Source of the DNA: Nitrososphaerota archaeon
Lineage (GTDB): Archaea; Thermoproteota; Nitrososphaeria; Nitrososphaerales; UBA57
DNA: 64,000 bases
Assembly: GCA_013378375.1 (NCBI GenBank)
Contig: JACAFT010000001.1
Span: 8,890 to 72,889, forward strand
Direction: 5' to 3'
The translations under genes were made by a program, and so were the position numbers. Shown here piece after piece: positions 9,118 through 17,698 of this stretch (its first letter is position 1; each line of letters begins with the position of its first letter). The notes beneath the pieces were generated by a model. It had not been told where the DNA came from. It did no database searches and saw nothing but the letters and a program-made list of their open reading frames with translations.

Positions 9118-9875
9118 TATTGTTTTAAAAGTTCTTCCCATGCATAATCGATATTTGGTTGAAAAATTATTATTATGAAGAATATAAATAATGTTGTTAT
9201 CGTTGAAATTCCGTCACGTTGACTAAATTTTAATTTATATAAGGAGGTTGGTTTTTTTATTGCTCCATACGCTCGTGATTCCATTGCTTCTGCTAATTCT
9301 CCACTTCTTATTACTTCATTAATAATTAGTGGTACTAATATTGGAATGAATTTTTTAATTCTTGATATTGGATTCCCTTTATCTAATTCTAGGCCTCTTG
9401 ATTTCTGCGCATCCATGATTTGCAACGCGTCTATTAATATAACTGGTACAAATCTTACTGCTGTTACAAATGCGAATACAATATCATTCGGTAGTTTAAA
9501 CCATCTTAATACATATTCTAATTCATCTGGTGAAGTAACTAAAAAAAATAATGAAGTTGAACAGATAATTGATATGAATCTTAATGCAATTTGGATTGAA
9601 TAAAATATACTGTATCCTGCTAAATAATTTATTCCTAAGATTATTAATGAAAACATCGTTGCAAAAATCATTGTTTTTAATAGTTTGGTTGTAATTTTAC
9701 CTAAAGTCGAAAATATTGTAATTGCAGTAAATATTATTAATAAATCATAAATATTTGATACTAAGATTGCAAGAGTGAATAGTTGTATTGATATTAATAA
9801 TTTAACTCGAGGATCCAGTCTATGTATTGGTGAATCAATTTTTCTAAATATGAACCCGTTTGATATCCAATACAT
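9099..9875 (-). CDS. ecfT: ECF transporter transmembrane T component (CbiQ/EcfT family)
   Basis: 258-aa polytopic protein with a CbiQ-like layout. It lies downstream of two ABC ATPase genes on the same strand. Its last 19 nt are antisense to the tRNA 3' end. Confidence 0.8.
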   Translation of the reverse strand: MYWISNGFIFRKIDSPIHRLDPRVKLLISIQLFTLAILVSNIYDLLIIFTAITIFSTLGKITTKLLKTMIFATMFSLIILGINYLAGYSIFYSIQIALRFISIICSTSLFFLVTSPDELEYVLRWFKLPNDIVFAFVTAVRFVPVILIDALQIMDAQKSRGLELDKGNPISRIKKFIPILVPLIINEVIRSGELAEAMESRAYGAIKKPTSLYKLKFSQRDGISTITTLFIFFIIIIFQPNIDYAWEELLKQYGAGVI

Positions 9876-9879
9876 TTTT

Positions 9880-10683
9880 TTATCCTCTTTTCATAATGAT
9901 TTTAGATATTTGATCAATTTTTATTGGTATATCTGCATTGATATCTAATTCATTCCATATTTTTACTATCTGGGGCTTAATTAAATTTGCATTTTGAATT
10001 ATATTACTATTTGAGAAAATATTTTCTGCAGAGTCGATTTTTATAATCTCTCCATTTGACATTACTATAGTATTTGGCCGTAAATTCCATAGAAATTCAA
10101 TATCATGTGAAATAATTATAATTGTTTTATTTTGTTGATTTAATTCCTTAATGAAAGATAATATTTTGTTCTTTTGTAATTCATCTTGACCTACTGTTGG
10201 TTCATCTAGTATTATGACTTCTGGATCCCATGCCAATACTGATGCAAGACAAAGTCTCTTTTTCTCTCCCCCACTCAACTTTAATGGTGATGTATCTGAA
10301 TATTTTTCTAAATCAAAAAATTTCATTGCCCATTCAAATCTTTCTCTTACAAAATTCTCTTCAAATTTAAAATTATTTAACCCAAATAATATTTCATTTT
10401 TGACTGTATCTGCAAATAATTGATTATTGGAGTTTTGAAATACCATTCCAATTTTTTTTGATAATTCTGCAACGGAACATTTTTTAGTATTTTTTCCATC
10501 AACTATGACTTCTCCAGATGTTGCTTTTAATAGACCATTTATATGTCTAGCTAATGTTGTTTTTCCTGCTCCATTACTTCCTACTATGGCATTTATTGTG
10601 TTCTTTTTAATTATTAGATTAATTCTATCTAATGCTTTTGCACCATTAGGATGAATATAATCTACTTCTTTGAATTCAATCAT
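9880..10683 (-). CDS. ecfA: ECF transporter ATPase component (CbiO/EcfA family)
   Basis: Walker A GSNGAGKTT, ABC signature LSGGEKKR, Walker B IILDEPT. Confidence 0.9.
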   Translation of the reverse strand: MIEFKEVDYIHPNGAKALDRINLIIKKNTINAIVGSNGAGKTTLARHINGLLKATSGEVIVDGKNTKKCSVAELSKKIGMVFQNSNNQLFADTVKNEILFGLNNFKFEENFVRERFEWAMKFFDLEKYSDTSPLKLSGGEKKRLCLASVLAWDPEVIILDEPTVGQDELQKNKILSFIKELNQQNKTIIIISHDIEFLWNLRPNTIVMSNGEIIKIDSAENIFSNSNIIQNANLIKPQIVKIWNELDINADIPIKIDQISKIIMKRG

Positions 10684-11530
10684 ATTGATTTCCTTTAAAT
10701 TTGTTAATTATTTCATCTGCATCTGTAACTGGTTCAGAAAAAAGTATATTATTTTTAGATAATTCTCTATATAATTTTGTAGCAAATGGTACGTTTAATT
10801 CTGAAATTAGTTGATTTTTATAATTAAAAATATTTTTTGGTGTGTCATTTGCAATTATTTTTCCATTTGATAATATTATTAGTTTATTTGTATATTTCAG
10901 CACTAAATCTAATCTATGTTCTACTATTATTACTGACATGCCGTTTTTTTTACGTAATTTATTAATTAATTTAATAAATTCACTCGCAGTTTTTGGATCT
11001 AGTAATGACGTTGGTTCATCCAGAATTAATATTTTTGGTTCCATAGCCAATATTCCTGCTAATGCTGTTTTTTGTTTTTGACCATCTGATAACTCATGTG
11101 GACCTTTGTCAGATAATTCTGTAATTTTTAATAATTCCATTATTTTATTTATTTTTTCTCTTATTTCTTTTTGTTCAACTCCTAGGTTTTCTAATCCGAA
11201 TGCTATATCTCGTTCTACTGTAAACATAAAAATTTGATTTTCAGGATTTTGAAAAACAAATCCGACTTTTTTTGCTATTTCTTTCATTTCTACATCTTTT
11301 ACATTTAAACCGTCTACTAATATTCTTCCATTATATTCGCCATTATACATATGAGGAATTAGTCCGTTGATTGTTCTTAATAGAGTAGATTTTCCACATC
11401 CTGTTGGACCTGCTAATGTCGTTATTTCGTCTTTGTTAATATCTAAATTTATATTTTTTAATATTAAATTCTTTGAATTGTTATATTTGAATGAAAAATT
11501 TTCAAATTTTATTATTTTATTTGTTTCCAC
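10676..11530 (-). CDS. ecfA: ECF transporter ATPase component (second CbiO/EcfA paralogue)
   Basis: Walker A GPTGCGKST, signature LSDGQKQK, Walker B LILDEPT. It overlaps the downstream ATPase gene by 8 nt. Confidence 0.9.
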   Translation of the reverse strand: METNKIIKFENFSFKYNNSKNLILKNINLDINKDEITTLAGPTGCGKSTLLRTINGLIPHMYNGEYNGRILVDGLNVKDVEMKEIAKKVGFVFQNPENQIFMFTVERDIAFGLENLGVEQKEIREKINKIMELLKITELSDKGPHELSDGQKQKTALAGILAMEPKILILDEPTSLLDPKTASEFIKLINKLRKKNGMSVIIVEHRLDLVLKYTNKLIILSNGKIIANDTPKNIFNYKNQLISELNVPFATKLYRELSKNNILFSEPVTDADEIINKFKGNQYD

Positions 11531-11562
11531 TTTTAATAGTATCTTTTTAGAATATAATAATC

Positions 11563-11946
11563 TTATTCTCTTTTAATTACTGGTCCTTGATTGGAGCTTT
11601 GATTTTTTATTGATTGATCTAATTTTGTCTGTAATTCCTTTATATTTTCTTTAATTCTATTTTCTTGTTTATCTAATACTGTTAATTTGGTTTTTGCAAG
11701 TTCTTTTGATTCATTTAATTCTTTTTCTACATCTTCTTTATTACTGGATATCATTACAGTTCCTGCTGATTTGTAAACTTTTGATTTTTCATTGCTTTTA
11801 TTTAATTCTGATAAGGCTTTGTCTATTTCTACAATTTCTACTTCTATTTGTTGTTTTTGTACAAGAAATGATTGTAAAGTTTGCTGTAATTGTTCATATC
11901 TTGCTAATTGTTCTTTTATTCCAGGTGGTACTTCATCTATGCTCAT
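11563..11946 (-). CDS. pfdB: prefoldin beta subunit
   Basis: 127 aa with coiled coil-beta hairpin-coiled coil organisation (QLARYEQLQQ...VYKSAGTVMI...KELQTKL). It occupies the standard position after Pcc1 and L37ae in the archaeal exosome superoperon. Confidence 0.85.
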   Translation of the reverse strand: MSIDEVPPGIKEQLARYEQLQQTLQSFLVQKQQIEVEIVEIDKALSELNKSNEKSKVYKSAGTVMISSNKEDVEKELNESKELAKTKLTVLDKQENRIKENIKELQTKLDQSIKNQSSNQGPVIKRE

Positions 11947-11990
11947 TATTACGTATTCGTTTTTACTTTTAATCTAAATAAACTTTAGGA

Positions 11991-12230
11991 TTATTCAATA
12001 ATCTCGTATGATACATTTGCAGCTCTTAAATGAGAAGAAATTTTTGCTCGTAGTTCTGGTATGTTTTTTGAGTTGATTTCTAGAATTAGTTTATTGAATT
12101 TTGTATATATTTTATCAGTATTTTCAATGTCTTGTTCTATGGATCTTTTTACTATTTGTGATTTTTTATTATTGCTTGTTATGATGATTTTTGAATAAAT
12201 TTTAGATTGTCGTAGTATCATATGCAGCAT
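11991..12230 (-). CDS. pcc1: KEOPS subunit Pcc1-like protein
   Basis: The C-terminal LILEINSKNIPELRAKISSHLRAANVSYEI resembles the Pcc1 consensus (LVIEIEA.D..ALRAALNSYLRW). The true start may be the ATG at 12221. It overlaps the rpl37ae 3' end. Confidence 0.7.
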   Translation of the reverse strand: MLHMILRQSKIYSKIIITSNNKKSQIVKRSIEQDIENTDKIYTKFNKLILEINSKNIPELRAKISSHLRAANVSYEIIE

Positions 12231-12417
12231 CTGCTAATTTTAGTTCACATTTATCACATTGCCAAATTCCGACATATTTTCTTTTGAATTTAATAGATCC
12301 ACAATCTGGACATTTTCTTTTACTTTTTAATACTCTTATAACTTTTGTATATTTTTTTCTTACTGACGATCCAAATTTTGCTCCGAATTCTGTTGTAGTT
12401 TTACTTTTACGACCCAT
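12202..12417 (-). CDS. rpl37ae: 50S ribosomal protein L37Ae (eL43)
   Basis: GRKSKTT...FGAKFGSSVRK N-terminus and zinc ribbon CPDCG...WQCDKC. Confidence 0.95.
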   Translation of the reverse strand: MGRKSKTTTEFGAKFGSSVRKKYTKVIRVLKSKRKCPDCGSIKFKRKYVGIWQCDKCELKLADAAYDTTTI

Positions 12418-13231
12418 TTTTTACTGCCTCTTTTATAACTTTTCTTATATTTTCTCCTATTTGTTTTGATGCACTTGTTATATGACTTAATTCATCAAAT
12501 GTAAATCCTCCAGGTTTTCCTTTTTGTCCTGATACATACTTTCCATTTTCGTCTGTTACTATTGTTAATCTTGCAGAAGATAATTCTTGTTCATCTGCTG
12601 TGGGATCTATCATTATTTTATCATTAATTTTTACAAATGTCGTTGATACTGGTAGAGATTTGATTGGTAGTGGTTTAGTTTCATCAAGCATTATGATCTC
12701 ATCCTTTTCAATTTTAAATTTTGGCATTGTACATAATGATAGTGCTGTTGCAATTGCATATGATACTGCATCAAATAAGTTTCCATCTTCATTAATTACT
12801 GCTATGTCTATAAATACTGAAAATACTTTTTCGCCTTCCTGAATTACTAGCTGTGATGTATCTATCATTCCTGATTCTCTTATACCTCTATCTGATACTC
12901 TTGATAATTCTATTGTATCTTCATTAGGAGGTCCTGGTTCTAAATATACTGAAGCAATTGGTAACATCTCTGCATTACATATTATTATACCTTGATCTGG
13001 TGTATCTGGAAATGGTTTTCCAGTTTCAACCTTTATTCCTGCAAGTACTTCACTATCTCCTAGTATTACTCTTGCAGATCCATTAGTTTTTTGTAATACA
13101 TTTGTTTCTATTTTTAGTTGCCTATAATCTAAAAATTTCCTTCCATCTGTTCTGATTTCTTTTTCAAGACTCTGTTTTATATCATCTTTTTTAATTGAAT
13201 CAATAATTCTTGCTTTTTTTACTGCTGGCAT
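12407..13231 (-). CDS. rrp42: exosome complex component Rrp42 (RNase PH-like, non-catalytic)
   Basis: 274-aa RNase PH fold (RTDGRKFLDYRQL, NGSARV). It lies directly downstream of rrp41. Confidence 0.9.
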   Translation of the reverse strand: MPAVKKARIIDSIKKDDIKQSLEKEIRTDGRKFLDYRQLKIETNVLQKTNGSARVILGDSEVLAGIKVETGKPFPDTPDQGIIICNAEMLPIASVYLEPGPPNEDTIELSRVSDRGIRESGMIDTSQLVIQEGEKVFSVFIDIAVINEDGNLFDAVSYAIATALSLCTMPKFKIEKDEIIMLDETKPLPIKSLPVSTTFVKINDKIMIDPTADEQELSSARLTIVTDENGKYVSGQKGKPGGFTFDELSHITSASKQIGENIRKVIKEAVKNGS

Positions 13232-13942
13232 TTAGATCTCTCCATTTTCTGTAAAGTATTTTTTTGTTAAAGCATTGCGTTGTAATTCATATAATTTATT
13301 ACATCCTATATTAGCTAATTCAAAAGCTTTGTTTAATTCATCTTCGGATAGATTTCCATCTAATTGAAATAATGTTACTAATCCTAGGTTTGGTAATAAT
13401 GCAATTGGCATGTCTGCTTCTCCTGTTTTATCTTCTATATCGTCTACATCTAAAACAACTTGTCCGTTTACTTTTCCTGCTGCACATGCAGTTACTAAAT
13501 CTCTCATATTTATTCCAGCATCTGCGAGTGCTGTAGATGCTGCATTAATCGCTGCACACCTTGAACCACCATCTGATTGTAGAATTTCTATATATACTTC
13601 AATTGCAGTTCTTGGATAATCTTCCATAATTACTGCAGGTTGCAAAGCTTCTCTAATTACTTTTGATATTTCTATTTCTCTTCTTGATAAATTAGGACTC
13701 TTTCTAGTATCTGTTGAAAATGGCATCATGTGATATCTGCATTTTATTATTGCCCTGTCTGATACCATCATGTGTTTTGGATGTACTTCTTTTGGACCAT
13801 ACACTGCTGCCATTATTTTGTTCTTGCCAAATTCAATTAATGCAGATCCATCTGCATTCTTTATTACGCCTGCTTTTATTGATACTTCTCTTAATTCATC
13901 GGTTGCTCTTCCGCTGATTCTTTTATTATTCTTTCCTAACAA
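13232..13942 (-). CDS. rrp41: exosome complex exonuclease Rrp41 (RNase PH)
   Basis: Motifs [24 protein letters not shown] and [20 protein letters not shown]. Confidence 0.92.
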   Translation of the reverse strand: MLGKNNKRISGRATDELREVSIKAGVIKNADGSALIEFGKNKIMAAVYGPKEVHPKHMMVSDRAIIKCRYHMMPFSTDTRKSPNLSRREIEISKVIREALQPAVIMEDYPRTAIEVYIEILQSDGGSRCAAINAASTALADAGINMRDLVTACAAGKVNGQVVLDVDDIEDKTGEADMPIALLPNLGLVTLFQLDGNLSEDELNKAFELANIGCNKLYELQRNALTKKYFTENGEI

Positions 13943-13950
13943 TATCTATA

Positions 13951-14625
13951 TCACTTTGAAATTAAACTTATAACTTTATCGTTTAAATTCGACAAGTGAG
14001 CATTTTTTTCTATTAAGCTTAATGCATCTTTAGATTTACTTATCGATTCGTCCGTTCCTCTTAATAATATTGAACCATTTTGACCTATTGTTAATTTACA
14101 ACTTGTTTTTTCTTCTATTAGGTTGATCATTGTTCCTTTTTTCCCTATAACCCTTGGTATTTTTGACGGGGATATTTTAGCTATTTCTCCGTCTCGTATT
14201 TTCCCTAATCCTGGACCGCTTATTGTGATTAATGGATCTCTTGTTCTATCAAATGCAAGTATTCTTGCACTTAAACAATCTCCTCGTTTAAATTTATCAC
14301 TCATCGAGTCTTTTGCTGCTGAAAAGCCTCTTCCAAATACCGATGAACCTGTTAATATTCCAAAAAACCATGAATTGATATCTACTTCCCATGCAAATGC
14401 GCTCATATCTGCTACAGTTCCGATCACTAAATCATCAATTTTTGGTACATATGTTCCATTTAATGGAATTACTCTTACTTCATTCCTTCCAATTTCTGAC
14501 ATTCCTATTCTTGTGCTAATTATTTTATTATTGTGTTTTATTACATTTGAAATTGGTTTATAATCTCCTTCTATTATTACGTCACCAGGAATAACATATT
14601 TTCTTTCTATCGTATTGTCTCTCAT
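13951..14625 (-). CDS. rrp4: exosome RNA-binding subunit Rrp4 (S1 + KH domains)
   Basis: N-terminal VIPGD, an S1-like core, and KH motif IGKKGTMINLIEE. Confidence 0.9.
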   Translation of the reverse strand: MRDNTIERKYVIPGDVIIEGDYKPISNVIKHNNKIISTRIGMSEIGRNEVRVIPLNGTYVPKIDDLVIGTVADMSAFAWEVDINSWFFGILTGSSVFGRGFSAAKDSMSDKFKRGDCLSARILAFDRTRDPLITISGPGLGKIRDGEIAKISPSKIPRVIGKKGTMINLIEEKTSCKLTIGQNGSILLRGTDESISKSKDALSLIEKNAHLSNLNDKVISLISK

Positions 14626-14627
14626 TG

Positions 14628-15341
14628 CTATTCTATCTCTTCTGCTATTATATTACCTTTAGTAAGAGAATTCAACTTATCGATTAATGTAATTTTTGAA
14701 CCTGGAGTTACATTGACTACTGAAGTAAGTGAACCATCTGTTTGCCATGTTTCTGATTCTATTTCACTTAATTTCTTTAACAATCCTATTGACTGTGGGG
14801 CAAATTGGGCCGGAATATTGATTTTTAATTTGTGATTTTCTGATTTCATTGGAATGATTTTTCTTAATTCATCTATTATTATGTTTATTTGTTCATCCGC
14901 ATTTTTGATTGGGTCTATACTGACTCTTGCTTCTTGTAGTGCTAGTTCAATCCTTTGTGGAGGGTGTGGGATTTTAGTTTTTGGATCTACATAGTTTCTT
15001 GTGATAATCCCTATGATTTTATTACGTTTTTCTTCAATTTTTTGTTTTCTTTGTTGTGTATTTAATAATAGTTCTCCTTTTTCTAGAATTATTTTTAGTG
15101 CTTCTTGGATATTAGTAGTTTTTATATGTTTTTTTAATTTATTCTCTGATATTCGTGTTCCTTTATTGGCATCTTCATATATCTCGTCAAATGCAATTGC
15201 CTTATTATGGTCTGTTATTTCTCCTTGCTTAAATTTTAATGCATTGTCTGGGTCTACTAATATTTCAAAACGTTCCCCTGAAACTGTTAATCTGATTGTA
15301 GTGAATTTCGACGTAACGTTTTTTCTTTGAAATTCTTTCAT
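14628..15341 (-). CDS. sdo1: ribosome maturation protein SDO1 (SBDS homologue)
   Basis: 237 aa. The FYSH-domain N-terminus (RLTVSGERFEILVDPDNALKFKQG) and its position upstream of rrp4 fit the archaeal superoperon. Confidence 0.88.
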   Translation of the reverse strand: MKEFQRKNVTSKFTTIRLTVSGERFEILVDPDNALKFKQGEITDHNKAIAFDEIYEDANKGTRISENKLKKHIKTTNIQEALKIILEKGELLLNTQQRKQKIEEKRNKIIGIITRNYVDPKTKIPHPPQRIELALQEARVSIDPIKNADEQINIIIDELRKIIPMKSENHKLKINIPAQFAPQSIGLLKKLSEIESETWQTDGSLTSVVNVTPGSKITLIDKLNSLTKGNIIAEEIE

Positions 15342-15388
15342 GTTCTACTTCTCAATAATTACATCTTCATATAAAAATAATCATAATG

Positions 15389-15500
15389 CGGGTCCGAGGG
15401 GATTTCCTATTCATTCGGACCCCTGACCCCCGGGTTTCTTTCTTGATGATAAAAGCCCGGTGCTGTAGGATTTGATACTACCTGCCTGAGCTACGGACCC
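15389..15500 (-). tRNA. tRNA-Lys(UUU) with three introns (D stem, canonical 37/38, T loop)
   Basis: The reverse complement reads GGGTCCG-TA-GCTC-AGGCAGGTA-G[13 nt]AGC-A-CCGGG-CTTTTA[14 nt]A-CCCGG-GGGTC-AGGGG-TCCGAA[11 nt]T-CCCCT-CGGACCC-G. The intron positions are 15465-15477, 15436-15449 and 15403-15413. Confidence 0.88.
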
Positions 15501-15575
15501 ACGAAATTTATTAATTATTCACCTATTAGTATCTTTGCTTGCATTATTATTCTATATTCTTTCGTAATTATAAAA

Positions 15576-15695
15576 CGCCCCGGGCGGGAACTTCAGAAAT
15601 CTTTCGATTTTCATTTGAACCCGCGTCTAAAGAGTGACAGTCTCCAATGCTAGGCCGGGATGTGCAATATATTATTATTTCTACACCACCGGGGC
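15576..15695 (-). tRNA. tRNA-Asp(GUC) with two introns (D loop 15/16 and T loop 59/60)
   Basis: The reverse complement reads GCCCCGG-TG-GTGT-AG[21 nt]CCCGGCCTA-GCAT-T-GGAGA-CTGTCAC-TCTTT-AGAC-GCGGG-TTCAAA[24 nt]T-CCCGC-CCGGGGC-G. Both inserts (15660-15680 and 15590-15613) fit bulge-helix-bulge geometry exactly. Confidence 0.92.
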
Positions 15696-15774
15696 TAAAT
15701 ATTTCAAAACATCTTATATCTATAACTCTTTCTATTGGTGTATTTAATAATGTAGAAATTAGTATGTTATTATA

Positions 15775-16578
15775 TTGAATCTTAAGATTAATCTTAGTTT
15801 TGTTCAATTTAATCCTAAATTCGGTGATGTTGATTATAATTTATCTAAAGCTTGCACTCTGATTTCTAAATCCAAATCAGGAATAATTGTGCTTCCTGAG
15901 TTAATGAGTACTGGATATAATTTTAAGAATAAAATTGAAGTTTCAAATTTATCTGAGTCTGCACGTAATGGATGGACTCGTTCATTTCTGATCGATCGAT
16001 CTTTAGCTATGAATTCAACAATTGTCGCAGGTTTTTGTGAAAAATCTAATAATCGTTATTATAATAGTGCTATGGTCGTATCTAAAGGTAAATTTCTTGG
16101 TGTTTATAGGAAAACTCATTTATTTTATAAAGAAAAACTTTGGTTTACTAAAGGTAATACTGGTTTTAAAATTTTTCATGTTGATAATGTAAAACTCGGG
16201 GTTATGATTTGTTCTGATTGGATATGGCCTGAATCTGCACGCACTCTGTCATTAAAAGGCGCTGATTTAATTGCACATCCTGCTAATCTTATTATAAAGG
16301 GAATGTGCCAGAAAACTATGCCTGTTCGTTGTTTTGAGAATAAAGTGTTTGCTATAACTGCTAATCGAATTGGGTCTGAGAATAGAGGAAAAGATCATTT
16401 TATTTATACGGGTCAAAGTCAAATTGTTGGACCTGACATGTCTGTACTAGCTCGGGCACCTTCCTCTAGAAACTCTGTCTGTTCAGTATCTGTGGATTTA
16501 TCGTTAGCGCGTAATAAAAAATTACACAAAAAAAATAATATTTTAAAAGATCGAAGACCTGATCTATATTTAAAATAA
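15775..16578 (+). CDS. carbon-nitrogen hydrolase family protein (nitrilase/amidase superfamily)
   Basis: The Glu-Lys-Cys triad contexts are present: VLPELMSTGY, YRKTHLF and VMICSDWIWPE. TTG start. Confidence 0.85.
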   Translation: MNLKINLSFVQFNPKFGDVDYNLSKACTLISKSKSGIIVLPELMSTGYNFKNKIEVSNLSESARNGWTRSFLIDRSLAMNSTIVAGFCEKSNNRYYNSAMVVSKGKFLGVYRKTHLFYKEKLWFTKGNTGFKIFHVDNVKLGVMICSDWIWPESARTLSLKGADLIAHPANLIIKGMCQKTMPVRCFENKVFAITANRIGSENRGKDHFIYTGQSQIVGPDMSVLARAPSSRNSVCSVSVDLSLARNKKLHKKNNILKDRRPDLYLK

Positions 16579-16592
16579 TTTATTGATTGATT

Positions 16593-16976
16593 TCAGTGTT
16601 TGTTGAAATCTAATTCTTTATCATCTGTAAGATTATAAAACTGCCATTTGCCTCTTTTTGGATCAAATTTACTTCTTTTTTCATGTGTCCATGCTAAAAT
16701 TGCTTTTGCTCCAACTTTTTTTGCCCATCTGGCTAAATATTTCTTTTCGATGTCGTCAATATCAGTAAAGTATTTTGATACTTGTATAAACCAAACTATT
16801 GTTTTTTGATTCTTTTTTTTAACTGATATTAAATCTATTGGGAAATATTTTTTGTCATTGACTATTACCATTCCTGCTTTTGATCCAGACCCTCTAATTG
16901 CAAACCAGTCATTTTTTCTTAATTTGTTTAATAAATTATGTTCTCTACTCCTGCCCAAAACATATGAATTTCCCAT
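16593..16976 (-). CDS. hjc: Holliday-junction-resolvase-like archaeal endonuclease (Hjc family-like)
   Basis: 127 aa. GRSREHNLLNKLRKNDWFAIRGSGSK, IDLISV and FIQVSK align with the Hjc G.A.ER...L...G, PD(I/L)IA and IE.K blocks. The second acidic residue reads Q. Confidence 0.65.
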   Translation of the reverse strand: MGNSYVLGRSREHNLLNKLRKNDWFAIRGSGSKAGMVIVNDKKYFPIDLISVKKKNQKTIVWFIQVSKYFTDIDDIEKKYLARWAKKVGAKAILAWTHEKRSKFDPKRGKWQFYNLTDDKELDFNKH

Positions 16977-17035
16977 TACTCTTAATCTTACTTTGGAATA
17001 TGTTAAAAACTATTATTACATTGAAAAAATACGTA

Positions 17036-17698
17036 ATGAACTCTCAATACTTATCAACATTGATTGAACTTCAAATTCTTGGAGCGAAAAATCCAATTAA
17101 AATTTCTACCGTTGAAATTGCTATTATTCTAAACAAAACACAACAAACTGCATCTCAACATCTATTATATTTAGAAAAAAACGAATTTATTTCACGTTTT
17201 AAAATAGATGGAAATGATATGCTTCAAATTACAAATTTAGGCTTGAATCATCTTTTAACTATTGTTCAAAAGATGCAATCTGCATTTGATGATGAAAAAT
17301 CTTATTCTGTTTCAGGTAAAGTGTTTTCAGGTTTAGGGGAAGGAGCATATTATATCTCTCTTATGGGTTATAAAAAACAGTTTATTTCCAAACTCGGATT
17401 TGAACCATATCCTGGTACACTTAATTTAAAATTATCTTCAAATCTTCATAAACAATTCATAAATAATTTGTCTGAATTAACTGGTGTTACGATTAATGGT
17501 TTTACAGATAAAAAAAGATCTTATGGTAATGTTTTATGTTTTCCTGCATTGATTAATTCAAATATTAAAGGTTCTGTTATTTTAATAGAACGTACACATC
17601 ATGATGATTCTGTTCTTGAGTTGATATCTTCTTTTTATTTAAGAAAAAAATTACGTCTTGTCGACGGTGATATTGTTGACGTACATGTTTTAGTCTAG
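17036..17698 (+). CDS. ribK: CTP-dependent riboflavin kinase with N-terminal wHTH domain (RbkR-type)
   Basis: The C-terminal half, GKVFSGLGEGAYYISLMGYKKQF...GFEPYPGTLNLKL, matches the MJ0056-type archaeal riboflavin kinase. The N-terminal ~85 aa (LSTLIELQILGAKN...TASQHLLYLEKNEFI) look like a winged helix. I moved the start to ATG 17036 because the track extension overlaps hjc. Confidence 0.85.
   Translation: MNSQYLSTLIELQILGAKNPIKISTVEIAIILNKTQQTASQHLLYLEKNEFISRFKIDGNDMLQITNLGLNHLLTIVQKMQSAFDDEKSYSVSGKVFSGLGEGAYYISLMGYKKQFISKLGFEPYPGTLNLKLSSNLHKQFINNLSELTGVTINGFTDKKRSYGNVLCFPALINSNIKGSVILIERTHHDDSVLELISSFYLRKKLRLVDGDIVDVHVLV

Noticed and set aside
11694-11977. Two overlapping plus-strand ORFs (92 and 61 aa) opposite the prefoldin gene, and similar antisense ORFs at 9346-9603, 10214-10423, 10842-11081, 13410-13973, 14123-14563, 15001-15330, 18455-19270, 42497-42895 and 50284-51114
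   Set aside because: All lie within strongly supported genes on the other strand. They have biased, motif-free translations and are expected by chance in a genome whose codon usage avoids stop-complement triplets.
15568-15807. 79-aa ORF on the minus strand
   Set aside because: It is read straight through the tRNA-Asp gene (15576-15695). The GC-rich tRNA exons keep the frame open by chance.
16898-17035. N-terminal 46-codon extension of the riboflavin kinase ORF, plus the separate 71-aa ORF at 16852-17067
   Set aside because: Both overlap the hjc-like gene on the opposite strand and have junk-like hydrophobic translations. The HTH domain begins at the ATG at 17036.
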